DNA of 64,000 nt from Podarcis melisellensis (Eukaryota). Positions 1 through 28,499 of the stretch are shown in pieces; the stretch's first letter is position 1; each line of letters starts with the position of its first letter. The stretch is taken from the NCBI GenBank assembly GCA_964234715.1, contig OZ174282.1; one strand, given 5' to 3'. A program made the position numbers and the translations under genes. The notes beneath the pieces were generated by a model. The model did not search any database. It was not told where the DNA came from and was given only the letters and a program-made list of their open reading frames with translations.

Positions 1-731
1 TATTTTTATATCTCATTATGATTTAATGTGGGAATTGTTAAATTGGTTGTGCAGCTTCTGATGTGTTCTATTTACTGTTTATGGCTGTTTTCATTATATT
101 TCTAATTAAGTATGTTTTTCATGTTGTAAGCTGCTTTGAGCATGGTTTTAACTATGGAAAGGGGGTATACAAATAAAACGTTGCTTGTGTGGGACCCTCC
201 TCCGCCAAGGTGCTGGAGAGCCGCTGCCAGTCAGAGACTGGGCTACATAGACCAAGGGTTCAGTTCTGCTTCTGATGTCCATGGGGTATTGCAGAGCAGA
301 TGCCTGGGCCCATGGGGGCCTTTGGAGTTGTGTAAGGGACAGAGGCTCACAAGTGGCCCTCCAGAGCAAGCCTGTGATGGCAGACAGAGGACGGGAGACG
401 AATCTGGGGGCCTGCATGAAAGAGCTGCCTCTGTGTTGGAATGCCTCTGAGTGGAACTCACCCCACTGGGAAAATGGGAAGGAGAGTTTCCCTCAGGATG
501 GCTTCTGTGTGGGAAAACACAACTGAGACGGAAAAGCACTTGGCCAATCAAGCAGCCTTCGCCAGCCTAGGACTACAACTCTCATCAGTCCTTGCATAAT
601 CTATCACCATGCTGACTCACAGCATCTCATGCTGATGGAAGTATTGGACCACTGCAGGGCACCCAGTTGGAGAAGGTTGTTGGCAGAAGTAGCCTAAGCA
701 ACCAGAGACTCCCTTTGCTCCTTCCTTGCAG

Positions 732-3700
732 GCCTGTCCTCCTTGTCCGCGCTGCTCGACACTATGAGGGTGCCGAGCAGATCCTTGTCCGCCAGGCTGT
801 GATGTCCTCCTGCCAGTTCATCAGCCTCAGGCTGGCCACGCTGCCTCCCATGGGCCGCTGGCTGAGAGTGGCCTGCCCAGCCAGAATAGACCTCTCTGGT
901 AAGTGGCTGCAGGGCCTGGGCTTGTCAAGTTGCCCTTTCTGGAGCCAGGTAGCCGCTTGCCTCTTTTGACTCCAGGTGCCTTGTGCCCAGAGGGCCAAGC
1001 TGGCAAGCCTGGTGAGGCTTGGCAGGGGCCCTTGTCCTTCTGCTCCCCAGAACACGACTCAGTGTGGCCTTGAATGGAGGGAGGGAGCTTGTGCAGGACA
1101 GTACAGATGGGATTTGATAGGGTAGGGGCTGTGAGCGATGTTTGGCTCCTTCCTTGAGTGCCGGGGAATCCATCCCCTGCAAGGCAGAAGCAAGCCCTGG
1201 GCTCACTGAGGAGCAGAAGCATGATGTGCAGGGTCTCGTGCAAGGGCACAGAGGATGAGTTGGGTGCAAGCAGTACCCAGCATCCTTTGCAGCATTGCAA
1301 GGTCTCCTGGGGAGAGTCCCACTCTTTGGTTATGGGCTTGGGTGGGTGGTTGGGCAGGAGGCTGTGCAGTTTCTTATGTGACCCCCTTTGGGCTAATTTT
1401 TACAGGTGGCTGGAGCGACACCCCTCCCATCACATATGAACACGGAGGTGCAGTGGTGGACCTGGCCATCCTGGTGGATGGGCACAGGCCCATTGGTGCA
1501 CAGGCCCGGCGCATTGCTGAGCCAGAGCTGCGGCTCGTTAGCCGCAGTGGGAGGCTGGAGGGAGAGATGGTGGTGGAGCTGGTCTGCAGAGACCTGGAAG
1601 ACCTGCGGGATTACTGCCAGCCTCACGCACCCGGTAAGAGCCCCTTTTCCTGGAGCGGGAAGGGAGCAACTGTACCAAGGCAGCTTCCTTGCTTGCTGGG
1701 AGGGGATCCTGTGAGAGACTTATCAGGTGGCAGTAGGGAGCCCTGTACTGGCTGGGCTGTAGCTCAGTGGTAGAATAGCTGCTTTGCATGCAGAAGGTTC
1801 CTGGTTCAATCCCCCGCAGCATCTCTAGGTTGGACTGCCTGAAATCCTGGAGAACTGCCGCCTGTCAGTGTAGACAATACTGAGCTAATGGACCCAAGGT
1901 TTGACTTGTTATAAGGCAGCTTCCTATGATTCTAGGCAGAGTTGCATCTGCTATAAAATGTGCCTTTTATTTTCACATGTCTGTCGGAGGCCTGAGAGTA
2001 GCCAGCCTCTTGCTCCTCTTTTAATGGACCTTCTTCTTCTTAGGAGCTTTGTTGAAAGCAGCCTTGATTTGCACCCACATTGTGGACCTTGCTACTCAGA
2101 ATTCCTTGCGGGACCAACTGATGGAACACTTTGGAGGCGGCTTTGAACTCCGCACCTGGTCACATCTTCCTCACGGATCAGGACTGGGTATGCCTCCAAC
2201 CTCTCTACGTGCATGCCTGGCATTGCTCAAGGGGACCTAGCAAAGACCTCAGGTCCACTCTGGCAGCATTTCTCTTGTTGATGTTAGAGGGGCCTCGTGT
2301 ATCCTGCCCTGCCCCAAAGGCATGAGATCAGAACCCCATCCACCTCTCTTTCCTTTCCTCCATTCAAGTTCAGTGCTTTTTTATATACTTCAACAAACAC
2401 CACTGTTGCTTCATTACGTGAACCACCTTTTGAACACAACACACACGTAACTAGCTGTAAAGTAACATAACGCGATATGTAATAAAACTGTAATTTTAAT
2501 CATCATATCAAAAAGCACAGTTCCTGATAGCAACATATATTATCTTCTATATATATTGGTATCGTAAAGTCCAAGGATTGACAGGTCCAAAGATTACAAT
2601 GCAGTTCCTGTTGGCAATGCCATTTCATTGCCAACAGGAACTGCATTGTAATCTTTGGACTTGACAATCCTTGGACAATCCTTGGACTATTCCAATTTAT
2701 ATAGAAGATATGATGCATTGCAATCAGGAACTGTGCTTTTTGATATGATGATTAAAATTACAATTTTATTACATATCATGTTATGTTACTTTACAGCTAG
2801 CTACGTGTGTGTTGTGGTTTTTATATACTTCTGCAGACCTTGTGCTCCTTCCCTTGAGTTTTCCAACACCTCCCTCTTGTTTGCCACTGTTGCTCTTTCT
2901 GCTGCAGAAGAACAGAAATAGAATATGAGATGTTAGATGCATGGAACCTCCAGTTTACAGGCACTCTACCATTGACTAGTACCAGCTACCAGGGAGCAAC
3001 AGTTGGAGATGGCTGTTGTAGGGCTTCTCAGAGGTATCTACATAGCCAGAGAGGCCTTTGGTCTGACCTAGTCTGGCCCTTCTCATGACAAGGTTCTGGT
3101 CTGGTGCTGTGGAATGCAAAGGGTGGCATAGGGCTCCAGTGACAAAGAAAAAAACTGGTAGGCCTCCACACCCCACACCCCCGGCTATCCATGTTGTGCT
3201 CACTTGCTCTGTCCTATAGGCACCAGCAGCATACTGGCAGGGGCTGTGATGGCTTCTTTATACCAGGCATCTGGGCACTCCACCAGCGTTGAATCCCTCA
3301 TCCACGCCGTGCTGCATTTGGAGCAGGTTCTCACCACAGGTAAGACTGTTTATTTGTTCTGCTGCACATGCCAAAGAAACCAAAAATCTGCAGAAAGGGA
3401 GATGTCTAACTCAGTGCCGTCTCGTTCTCCTTTTCTTGAAGTTAGCCTCAAATATAGCATTAGCAGGGCCTTGAAGGCATTTCTTCATCTGTCTTGGTAG
3501 CTCAGTCGGTACAGCATGACAGTCTTAATCTCAGGGCTGTGTATTCAAGCCCCATGTTGGACACAAGATTCCTGCATTGCAGGGGGTTGAACGAGATTAC
3601 CCTCGTGGTCCTTTCCAGCTCTACAATTCTGTGATCAAGACTTGGCTGAAATCTCTCCAGTTCTTTTGACAGCTGTGATTTCAAAGGTGCTGTTGGCTGT

Positions 3701-6700
3701 TTTCTTCCAGAAAATATTTTGGGGTGTTTCTGTTGCTTGCACAAAACTGCTCCCGCTTCTCCACAGTCCTGATTCCCATGTCTGTATGTTTCATTGGATG
3801 AATGTTTTTATTCCTTCTATGCTGCTCCTTTTAAAATGTCATATCCTGCCCTTCTGCCAAGCAGCTAAGTCAGTGACCTCCTCCTTGCTTTGCAGACTTT
3901 TGCCCTCCACTTGAGTAACACATAAACAGGTCTTACGCCAGTCTGGATTCTGGTGCCTTCCAAGCAACTAGGCCAGTCCAGTAGCTTCTGCCCTTTGGTT
4001 GTGTTTTTGACTTTGCCCTGAAGGAATGTGCATAATAAAAGCCAGAGCCCCCACCAACAGCCCTGACCCAGACTTGTTAGGAAGACAGGAGAACTAGCCT
4101 CGTGATGAAAGGATTCTTGTGCAAAGAAAGAGTTTTTCAGAGGCAGTTTTTCAGGGTTGTGATCTGGGCCTGTGCCCGGGGGTGGAGAGGAGCCAAAAGT
4201 GATTAGAAGCAAACAGGGTTCTAGGTCAAAGAGGAAAAGGCAGTGGGTGGGATGCGTGAGAGTGAGAGTGAAGGCAGAGCAGCCCTTTCAGGCCAAAGGG
4301 AAGGGCTGGGTTGATGGCAGGGGGATCCTCATTGCATCTCTTACATATTTTTAGAGTAAATGTAGATAGAGAACCCAGCAGAAGCAATGGGATGCATAGG
4401 AGGAGGGTCTTTACCATTTCTGAGTGTCGTTTTCTTTTGATAATTACATTCAGGGCTGCTTTGCCACTGGGGCAGAGCATTCACATGCAGATAAACCGAT
4501 GTGGGTGTATCTATATTGGCTGAAGCAAGGATCTATTTTTGGTATTCTGCTTCTCACACCTACTTCCTAATATTGTTGAGGATGAGACATCATGGAAAGG
4601 TGCTCAATCACTTTTGATTAACCCCTCTCCATGGCATGGTTCCTACTCAAAGGGTGCCCAGGATAGCTTACAACATAGAACAGGATAAAACCACCAGCAA
4701 AATACAATAATTAAATGGCCATTATCATTCTGCAGGCCTGGACAAATAAAAGGACTTCAAGTGATGTTAATAATGTGAATTCTACCCCATGCTTTATCAT
4801 GTCTGATTATACATTTTTAAACTATAAAAACATGGTGTAATATTTGAAACCAAATTAAACCAAAACAAGGTCCTTCTGTCCTTTCCTACGCCAGCTTCAG
4901 AAAGGAAGAGGGCTCCCAACTATAGGTAAGTCTTCTCTCCATTGGACCCCTCCTGCCTCCCACAAGGGATTCACCTGGCAACTGGTAAACAAGCAGGATC
5001 TCTTCCTCAACACTTGTTCTTGTTCCTTGCAGGTGGAGGGTGGCAGGACCAAGTGGGTGGGCTGGTGCCAGGCCTCAAGATCGGGCGTTCAAAGCCTCAG
5101 CTGCCACTAAAGGTAGAAGTGGAGCAAATCACCGTCCCAGAGGGCTTCATACACACCCTGAATGAGCACCTGCTCCTGCTGTACACGGGCAAGACCCGCC
5201 TGGCCCGAAACCTGCTCCAGGTACGGAAGGTGCTTGGAGGTGCCAGTTGTGGCCTGAGGTCCACAGCTCTGACGTACCTTAGAGCAGAGAGTTCTACCTG
5301 TCCTACAACAGGCGTACTTTTCTCCCTGTGCTGTTGGCATGATGCATTTCATCCTTCAGTTTTGGTCTACACAGGTAGGATGACTCACCTGGTAGGGTTG
5401 CATGTATTCTTATTAACACTTTTCTTATTGTTTTATTACTTTCCCTAAGGTAATAAACCTAAGGTCCTAGAGTCACGTAAAATGCAATTTATTTTATTAT
5501 TTATTTCAATTATATCCCACCTTTTCCTCCAAGGAGCTTGAGGTGGCCAACATGGTTCTCTCCCTTCTCAATTTAATCTCCATTAACAACCCTATGACGT
5601 AGGTTAGACTTGAGAGGCACTGACTGGCCCCCAAGGTCACTCCGTGAGTCTCATGGTCATGTGGGGATTTGAACCCTGGTCTCCCAGGTTCTAGTCCAGC
5701 GTTCTAACCAATGGCTCTCAATTTAAAACACCAGGATGGCTCTCAATTAAAACACAATGTTAAAAAGAGTATTTTTACACTGGCACTTTCCCCAAGGTGC
5801 AGGAAGGTGGTTGTAGAGGAGGAATTTGCTAAGCCTTTCTCCCTCTAAGCACTCTTGAGCACCAGAAACGGAGACAACTTTTAATTGCTTCCTTTTCTTT
5901 CAGGATGTTCTAAGGAACTGGTATGCCCGGCTTCCCACCATTGTGCAGAATGCCAGCGCACTGGTGAACAACGCAGAGGAGTGTGCCCAGGCCCTTCAGC
6001 AAGGTACTGCAGTTTGTTCCTTGGGCATCTTGTTCAGCTCATTACCCAGGGCAGAGGCTGTAGTGCCTCTGCTCAAAACATCTTGTGCAGAAACCACCTC
6101 CTATGCTGAACAGGCTCTCATTTTGCAGGAGCTACTAGGATAGTTGTGTGTGCGTGCATGTGCATCAGAGCAATTACTCCAGGCAACAACCAATGGGAGT
6201 GGGAGGGGGGCATCTTTTAAGATGTCATCATGGACTTTAGCCTTCCCGAAATTGCTGTAGCCCAAAACATCTGGAGGGCAAGCCCCATCAGCCCCAGCCA
6301 GCACTCACTGGTTTGGGGAAAGCAATTCTATCTAGCTGGATCTTGTAGTGCTCCTCTTGCTAGATTGAAAGCAACAGAGAAGCAGCAGGGAAGAGCAGCC
6401 AGAGCTACTATCTTCCCACTTCTGTGGTGGGCAGCCCAGCCCAGGTGTCAGATTTCCCCAGAAGGAAGAAGGCTGACATGCACACCATGTGATTAGAGCC
6501 AAGAGCACTGTCTGGCTGTATCTGACAGGGAAAGGAGACCTAGCAACTTTGCTCTAAGATGGGCTAATCGTTCAGTGCCAGTGTCCTGTAACTCCTTCTT
6601 CTCACCCCAGGCAACCTGGCTCTCTTGGGCAAGTGTATGAATCATTACTGGCTGCAGAAGAAGAATATGGCCCCTGGGTGTGAGCCTTTGGCTGTCCGGC

Positions 6701-7509
6701 GCATGATGGAGGTGCTCCAGCCTCATGTTTATGGGCAGAGCATGGCTGGCGCTGGAGGAGGTGGCTTTCTCTATGTCTTAACTAAAGAGCCCAGGAACCA
6801 AGAGGCCTTGCAGAGGATCTTGATGGAAACAGAGGTGAGTGGAGCCAACTCCTAAGTCCCTGTCAATCGGTGTCTCCCTGCAGAAATTTCAGCAGGTTTG
6901 GGGTCCGGGAGCAGGTTAATGCACACCCTCTCCCAAGGAAATTCGGAGAGGAGAAATTCAGTGATGGGTGGGTACCATGTAGTTGCAGGGAGGGGGAGCC
7001 TCACACTTGGGAGCTGAGTTTGGCCCTCCAGGCCTCTCTAACAGGCCCTTGAGATTCTGGCATGGGTTAGGCCACACCCCTTGCCAAGGCTACACTTCTC
7101 ACCAATACTGCTTAGCATAATCTTTGAGTGCTTTGGCTGAGCTCTTCTGTTGTGATGATGCCCCTTTGCTTGGTCAGATGGAGACATGTGGCTGTGTGTA
7201 GAAACCTAATTTTTCAGAGCTAGAATGTAGCCTCCTGGCCAAAGAGAAGAGTGGCCTCTGCACTGGCCTGTGACCTTCTAGGGCATGTAGGCCTGATGTC
7301 AGGTCAGGAGTGGCAGTCGACCCCCTTGTAGTGTTGAAGTTCCACCAGGCTGCAGAACAAAATATTCTGATTTAAATATTTTGTAGTGAAGATTTCACTC
7401 ACCCTGCATGCCTTCCTTTCAGGGCCTGGGGAATTTCAGCATCCACACTGTGGAGGTGGACACAGCTGGGTTCCAAATACAGCTTCTGGAGGAGGATTGG
7501 GAACCATAG
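732..7509 (+). CDS. FCSK: Fucose kinase (L-fucokinase), 3' part; 8 coding exons, 5' exons lie upstream of the window
   Basis: Exons with GT-AG ends and consistent phases: 732-898, 1406-1633, 2044-2187, 3220-3339, 5033-5220, 5904-6003, 6611-6834, 7423-7509 (TAG 7507-7509). The spliced translation contains [24 protein letters not shown], the GHMP-kinase P-loop [11 protein letters not shown] (split across 2187/3220), [29 protein letters not shown] and AGAGGGGF. Position next to COG4 matches mammalian synteny. Confidence 0.96.
1754..1933 (+). mobile_element. tRNA-derived SINE
   Basis: A box TAGCTCAGTGG, B box GGTTCAATCC, tail ataaggcagcttcctatg. Relatives at 20518-20703 (+) and 62641-62728 (-). 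Confidence 0.75.
2392..2817. mobile_element. Insertion consisting mostly of a ~380-bp inverted repeat (foldback), flanked by a 14-bp direct repeat
   Basis: Arms 2435-2619 and 2626-2816 are reverse complements (loop CCATTT). TTTTTATATACTTC occurs at 2378-2391 and 2818-2831. Family not identified. Confidence 0.8.
3495..3636 (+). mobile_element. tRNA-Lys(CTT)-derived SINE with CR1-type tail
   Basis: Head TAGCTCAGTCGGTACAGCATGACAGTCTTAATCTCAGGG...CCCCATGTTGG resembles tRNA-Lys(CTT); tail ggggttgaacgagattaccctc...tccagctctacaattctgtgat. Confidence 0.75.
5497..5712 (-). mobile_element. MIR/CORE-like SINE
   Basis: acaaccctatgacgtaggttagac...cccaaggtcac...ggggatttgaaccctggtctccc (B box on the minus strand). 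Relatives at 26280-26600. Confidence 0.6.
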
Positions 7510-7751
7510 GCACTGCAGGGTTTCCTGCCCACATCCTACAGTTGTGCAAGATCTATGGACGAATGACTCAGTGGCTGAATTTGGTTTAGTATTTCTTTGG
7601 AAGATTCCTGCACTCCTTCCCTGCAGACGGGGTGAAAACAGCAGCTACCCCACCCAAGTGAAAAACAATATTTAGTTGTGAATTAGTAGGGCCTGCAGTC
7701 AAATCTGCAGCATTCTTCAGGAAATTACGTGAAGTAATCAATGAAAAACTT

Positions 7752-7784
7752 TTTATTTCCTTGCTGATGTAAATCTCCTTTATT
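7752..7784 (-). terminator. COG4 polyadenylation signals (two AATAAA)
   Basis: TTTATT on + at 7752-7757 and 7779-7784, ~610-640 nt downstream of the COG4 stop. Confidence 0.65.
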
Positions 7785-8390
7785 TAAATCGACCCACCCT
7801 CCGCACAGCATATGATGAACACATTAAGGGATCTTAAATGAATTCAGACCATTGATTGGTGGAGCTCAGCACTGTTGACTCTGACTGGAGGCAGCTATCC
7901 AGAGGCATAGTCAGGCATCTTAACTGTCTCTGTTTCTAAAGAGCCTTTTCACTGGAGACACCAAGGACAGAGTGCAGAATCTACTGGCATAGAAGACATG
8001 TCTACATCCCCCAAAGCACCATCTTGTTCCTATGACTTAGTTGATCTGTGGTCTTAGCCCCACTTGCTAACTAAAATTTACAATAATTGCTTGGCAATTT
8101 CAGTTGCTATTTAACTTGGAATTTATGTAGAAATGTTAGTGCATCATGATAAAGATGTAGAAACAGGCGAGCTGTACCAACTTGCAGAAAAACAAGAGGG
8201 AAATCTCTGAAGGAGGAACTAAGTTTTTGAAGTTTACCCAACGTATACAGAGGTGGTTGTTCTTTCAGCTTCAGAGATCCCACTGGGAAAGGAACTTGCA
8301 TTTCCCTCCAGTCTTAAGAACATAGCAAGGCCTTCTTAGGAGAGGGCACCAGTGATCTCCACTAGCAGGAGTAGGTTGTTGCAAAGACAG

Positions 8391-26047
<17,657 letters not shown>

Positions 26048-26654
26048 TTTGGCCCCACGTCGTTCTAGAGATAAGAAAATTGAAGAGTCGCGCTCGATTA
26101 GCCAGGAAATGGCGCTTCCGGGCTCCTGAGGACACTTTTTTAAAAAAACATGGTACCCCCCCCCCCCCGCCCGGGCTCTAAGCGTAAACGGATCACAGAA
26201 AACGCGGGATGGCGGCTTTTGCTACTGATCTGTAATTAGATTTCTGCGCCCTCTTTCGCCCAGGAAGCTCACGGATCTCCTCCCACATTTTATTCTCACA
26301 ACCACCCTGCGAGGTAGGCCTACAAGCTGAGAGGCAGCGATTAGCCTAAGGGCAGCCTCTGTCTTCCAAGGCTGAGCTGGGGCGTTGAAGCAGTCTCTGC
26401 CGCAGTCTCCCCTGGCTCTTGATGGCTGCAACGCCTGTTTGACTTCATTTCACTTTGTCTCTCGTCGCCTTTCCTCCAAGGGGCTCAAAGCGCTGTACGC
26501 AGCCTGCATGCTCCACGGGGGCTGCTTTATCCTCACAAAACCCCTGCGAGAGAGACGGGGACATGCCCGAGACCTCCCAAGTCCTGGTCTAACACGGTCA
26601 CCAGGACCCCGCACCGGCTCAGTGCATTTTAGCCCAAGCGTTTCAACATAAAAA

Positions 26655-26795
26655 CAATTTTATTCTTTATACGCCGCCCATCTGGCTGGGTTTCCCCAGC
26701 CACTCTGGGCGGCTTACAACATATATATAAACATCGTCAAACACCGAGCATTAAAAGCTCCCCGATACAGGGCTGCCTTCAGATGTCTTCTAAAA
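26655..26795 (-). mobile_element. LINE 3' tail (L2-like) inside the COG4/SF3B3 promoter interval
   Basis: Minus strand reads agacatctgaaggcagccctgtatcgggagcttttaatg...taagccgcccagagtggctggggaaacccagccagatgggcggcgtataaagaataaaa (stem-loop plus A-rich tail). Family assignment is tentative. Confidence 0.6.
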
Positions 26796-27279
26796 GAATA
26801 CAAGCGGAGAATAAAACCCGCGAGGCAACGGAGCACAGCCAGACAAAGGCTGGCAGGAGAATGGACAGAAAAAACAGTGAAGCTCTTAGAAGGTGGGGAA
26901 AGCACAGCGTCCAAAAGTGAATCCGGCTTCCGGCGTCCGTGTATACGTCTACCCAAAATAGACTATAGCAGACAAATCGTCACATCCGGGAACATTAATA
27001 TAGGTGCCTAAGCTATTGCCTGTGTCTCGGGGTGGGGGTGGGAAAACAACCACCAACAGCGGCGTTTCTATTGCAGAATAAAATGGTGAGATTATTTCCT
27101 GAGCAAAACAACAACAACTCTAGGCTAAAACGGGTGAAGTGGAACAGTCCAAGCCGCGCGGGGGTTGCTTCTGGCACGCCGTGGCCAGCCCAATCGCTCT
27201 GTTCCGCGCTACTTACGTGGAAGGACCCAAGGAGCGCGGGAGGCAGCTGAGGCAATGGCGGTGCTTGACTGCGGGCTGT

Positions 27280-27503
27280 GGAGGAAGTGAAGCAGCGGCA
27301 GGATCCGCCGCCATCCGCGCTGTTCCTGCGGTAAACGCTGCCAGATCCCTTTCAGAATTAGGCTGCAAATTCTCTAATCCCCGGCGGGAGGAGGTCATGG
27401 CGTATTTGTAGGCTGCCACGCTCGTGGTGTTACCGAGGCCCTTGAGTGGACCGTTGCTGGGCGACGCCGGTGCGGGCGGGAAAGAGCTCTGGACAAGCAG
27501 GCG
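27280..27503 (+). other. SF3B3: Probable non-coding first exon(s) of SF3B3
   Basis: GC-rich sequence downstream of YY1/ETS motifs, with candidate donors GCG|GTAAAC (27331) and GCG|GTGAGG (27504). The first coding exon is entered through acceptor cagcag 28461-28466, ~35 nt upstream of the ATG. The TSS and exact boundaries are not determinable from sequence alone. Confidence 0.5.
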
Positions 27504-28499
27504 GTGAGGGTGCCGCGCTTTGTACACTTCTCTGGACAATTTTGGCCGCATTTTCACTTTGCCCACTGAGGGGAGGGGGCGCCTAGCAGCAGCGGTAGGA
27601 CGCGCGCTGCTTTTTCGCAAACCACGAGGGAGTTTTTCGTGCAGGGTTTAAGCCCGACCCTCCATTGTTTTAACCCACATAACTTGCAATACCAAGGCAG
27701 GTTTATTGTGGAGGGGGAAGCCCCGTTGAGCGGGGTGGCACTTACGTTTGAGTCAACGTGGAGAGGACGGTGCTGCTCTTTATTTGTAAGAGACTTATTT
27801 CTCTCCGTCCATCCTACTGCATGTGTACTCGAAAGTGAATGTGGTCAGGATTCATGCAGTCGTGCAGTCTTGTGCATGTCTACTCAGAAATAAGGCCTGC
27901 TAAAATTGTTCTTCCTGATCATGCCATACATCTTTTAAGTTGTCTAATACTTTTTAAAATAACTTTGGTGAGCTGGGCTTTAGTCCATAAAATCTTATAT
28001 CATAAAAATGTTTTAGTCTTTAACATGCCACAAGATATTTAGTTGTTTTAGCTGCAGCAGATTTAATGGCTGCTACTCTGGGAATGTCTGCTCCGTTGTA
28101 ATATGTGAATTTATTAAGTAACAAATTGTAAAAAGTGTTTGTATCCCCTCCAGTGAAACTGCAAGTTGATGTTGATTCATCATTAAAATTAGGAAACAAA
28201 TATTTTCAGGGTGCCCGTTACTTTCAGTTTTAACACTTGGTTCCTTCATAAGAACATTTTGCTTTGTGGAAAGTGAGGAAGGAAAAACCACCTCGTTGAG
28301 GTTTTTCAGTCTGTGAAGTGTTCATATGAACCATCTTTCAAATGGGTTTAACGTTCAAGTTTTCTCCACCAGCTGGCATTTATGCTAATGTGTGATCAGA
28401 ATTGAACAAGTTTAAAAAAGCACACACTGTAGTATATTAACTGCTTGGTGTTCCTTTTCTCAGCAGGTGAACTGAGGTGAAGTGATATCAATCGGCACC

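Noticed and set aside
1754-1822. tRNA gene (Ala/Cys-like)
   Set aside because: Degenerate cloverleaf followed by a SINE body; several diverged copies occur in the window.
3495-3570. tRNA-Lys(CTT) gene
   Set aside because: The acceptor and T stems are disrupted, and it continues into a CR1-type tail with a second copy at 61350. It is a SINE head.
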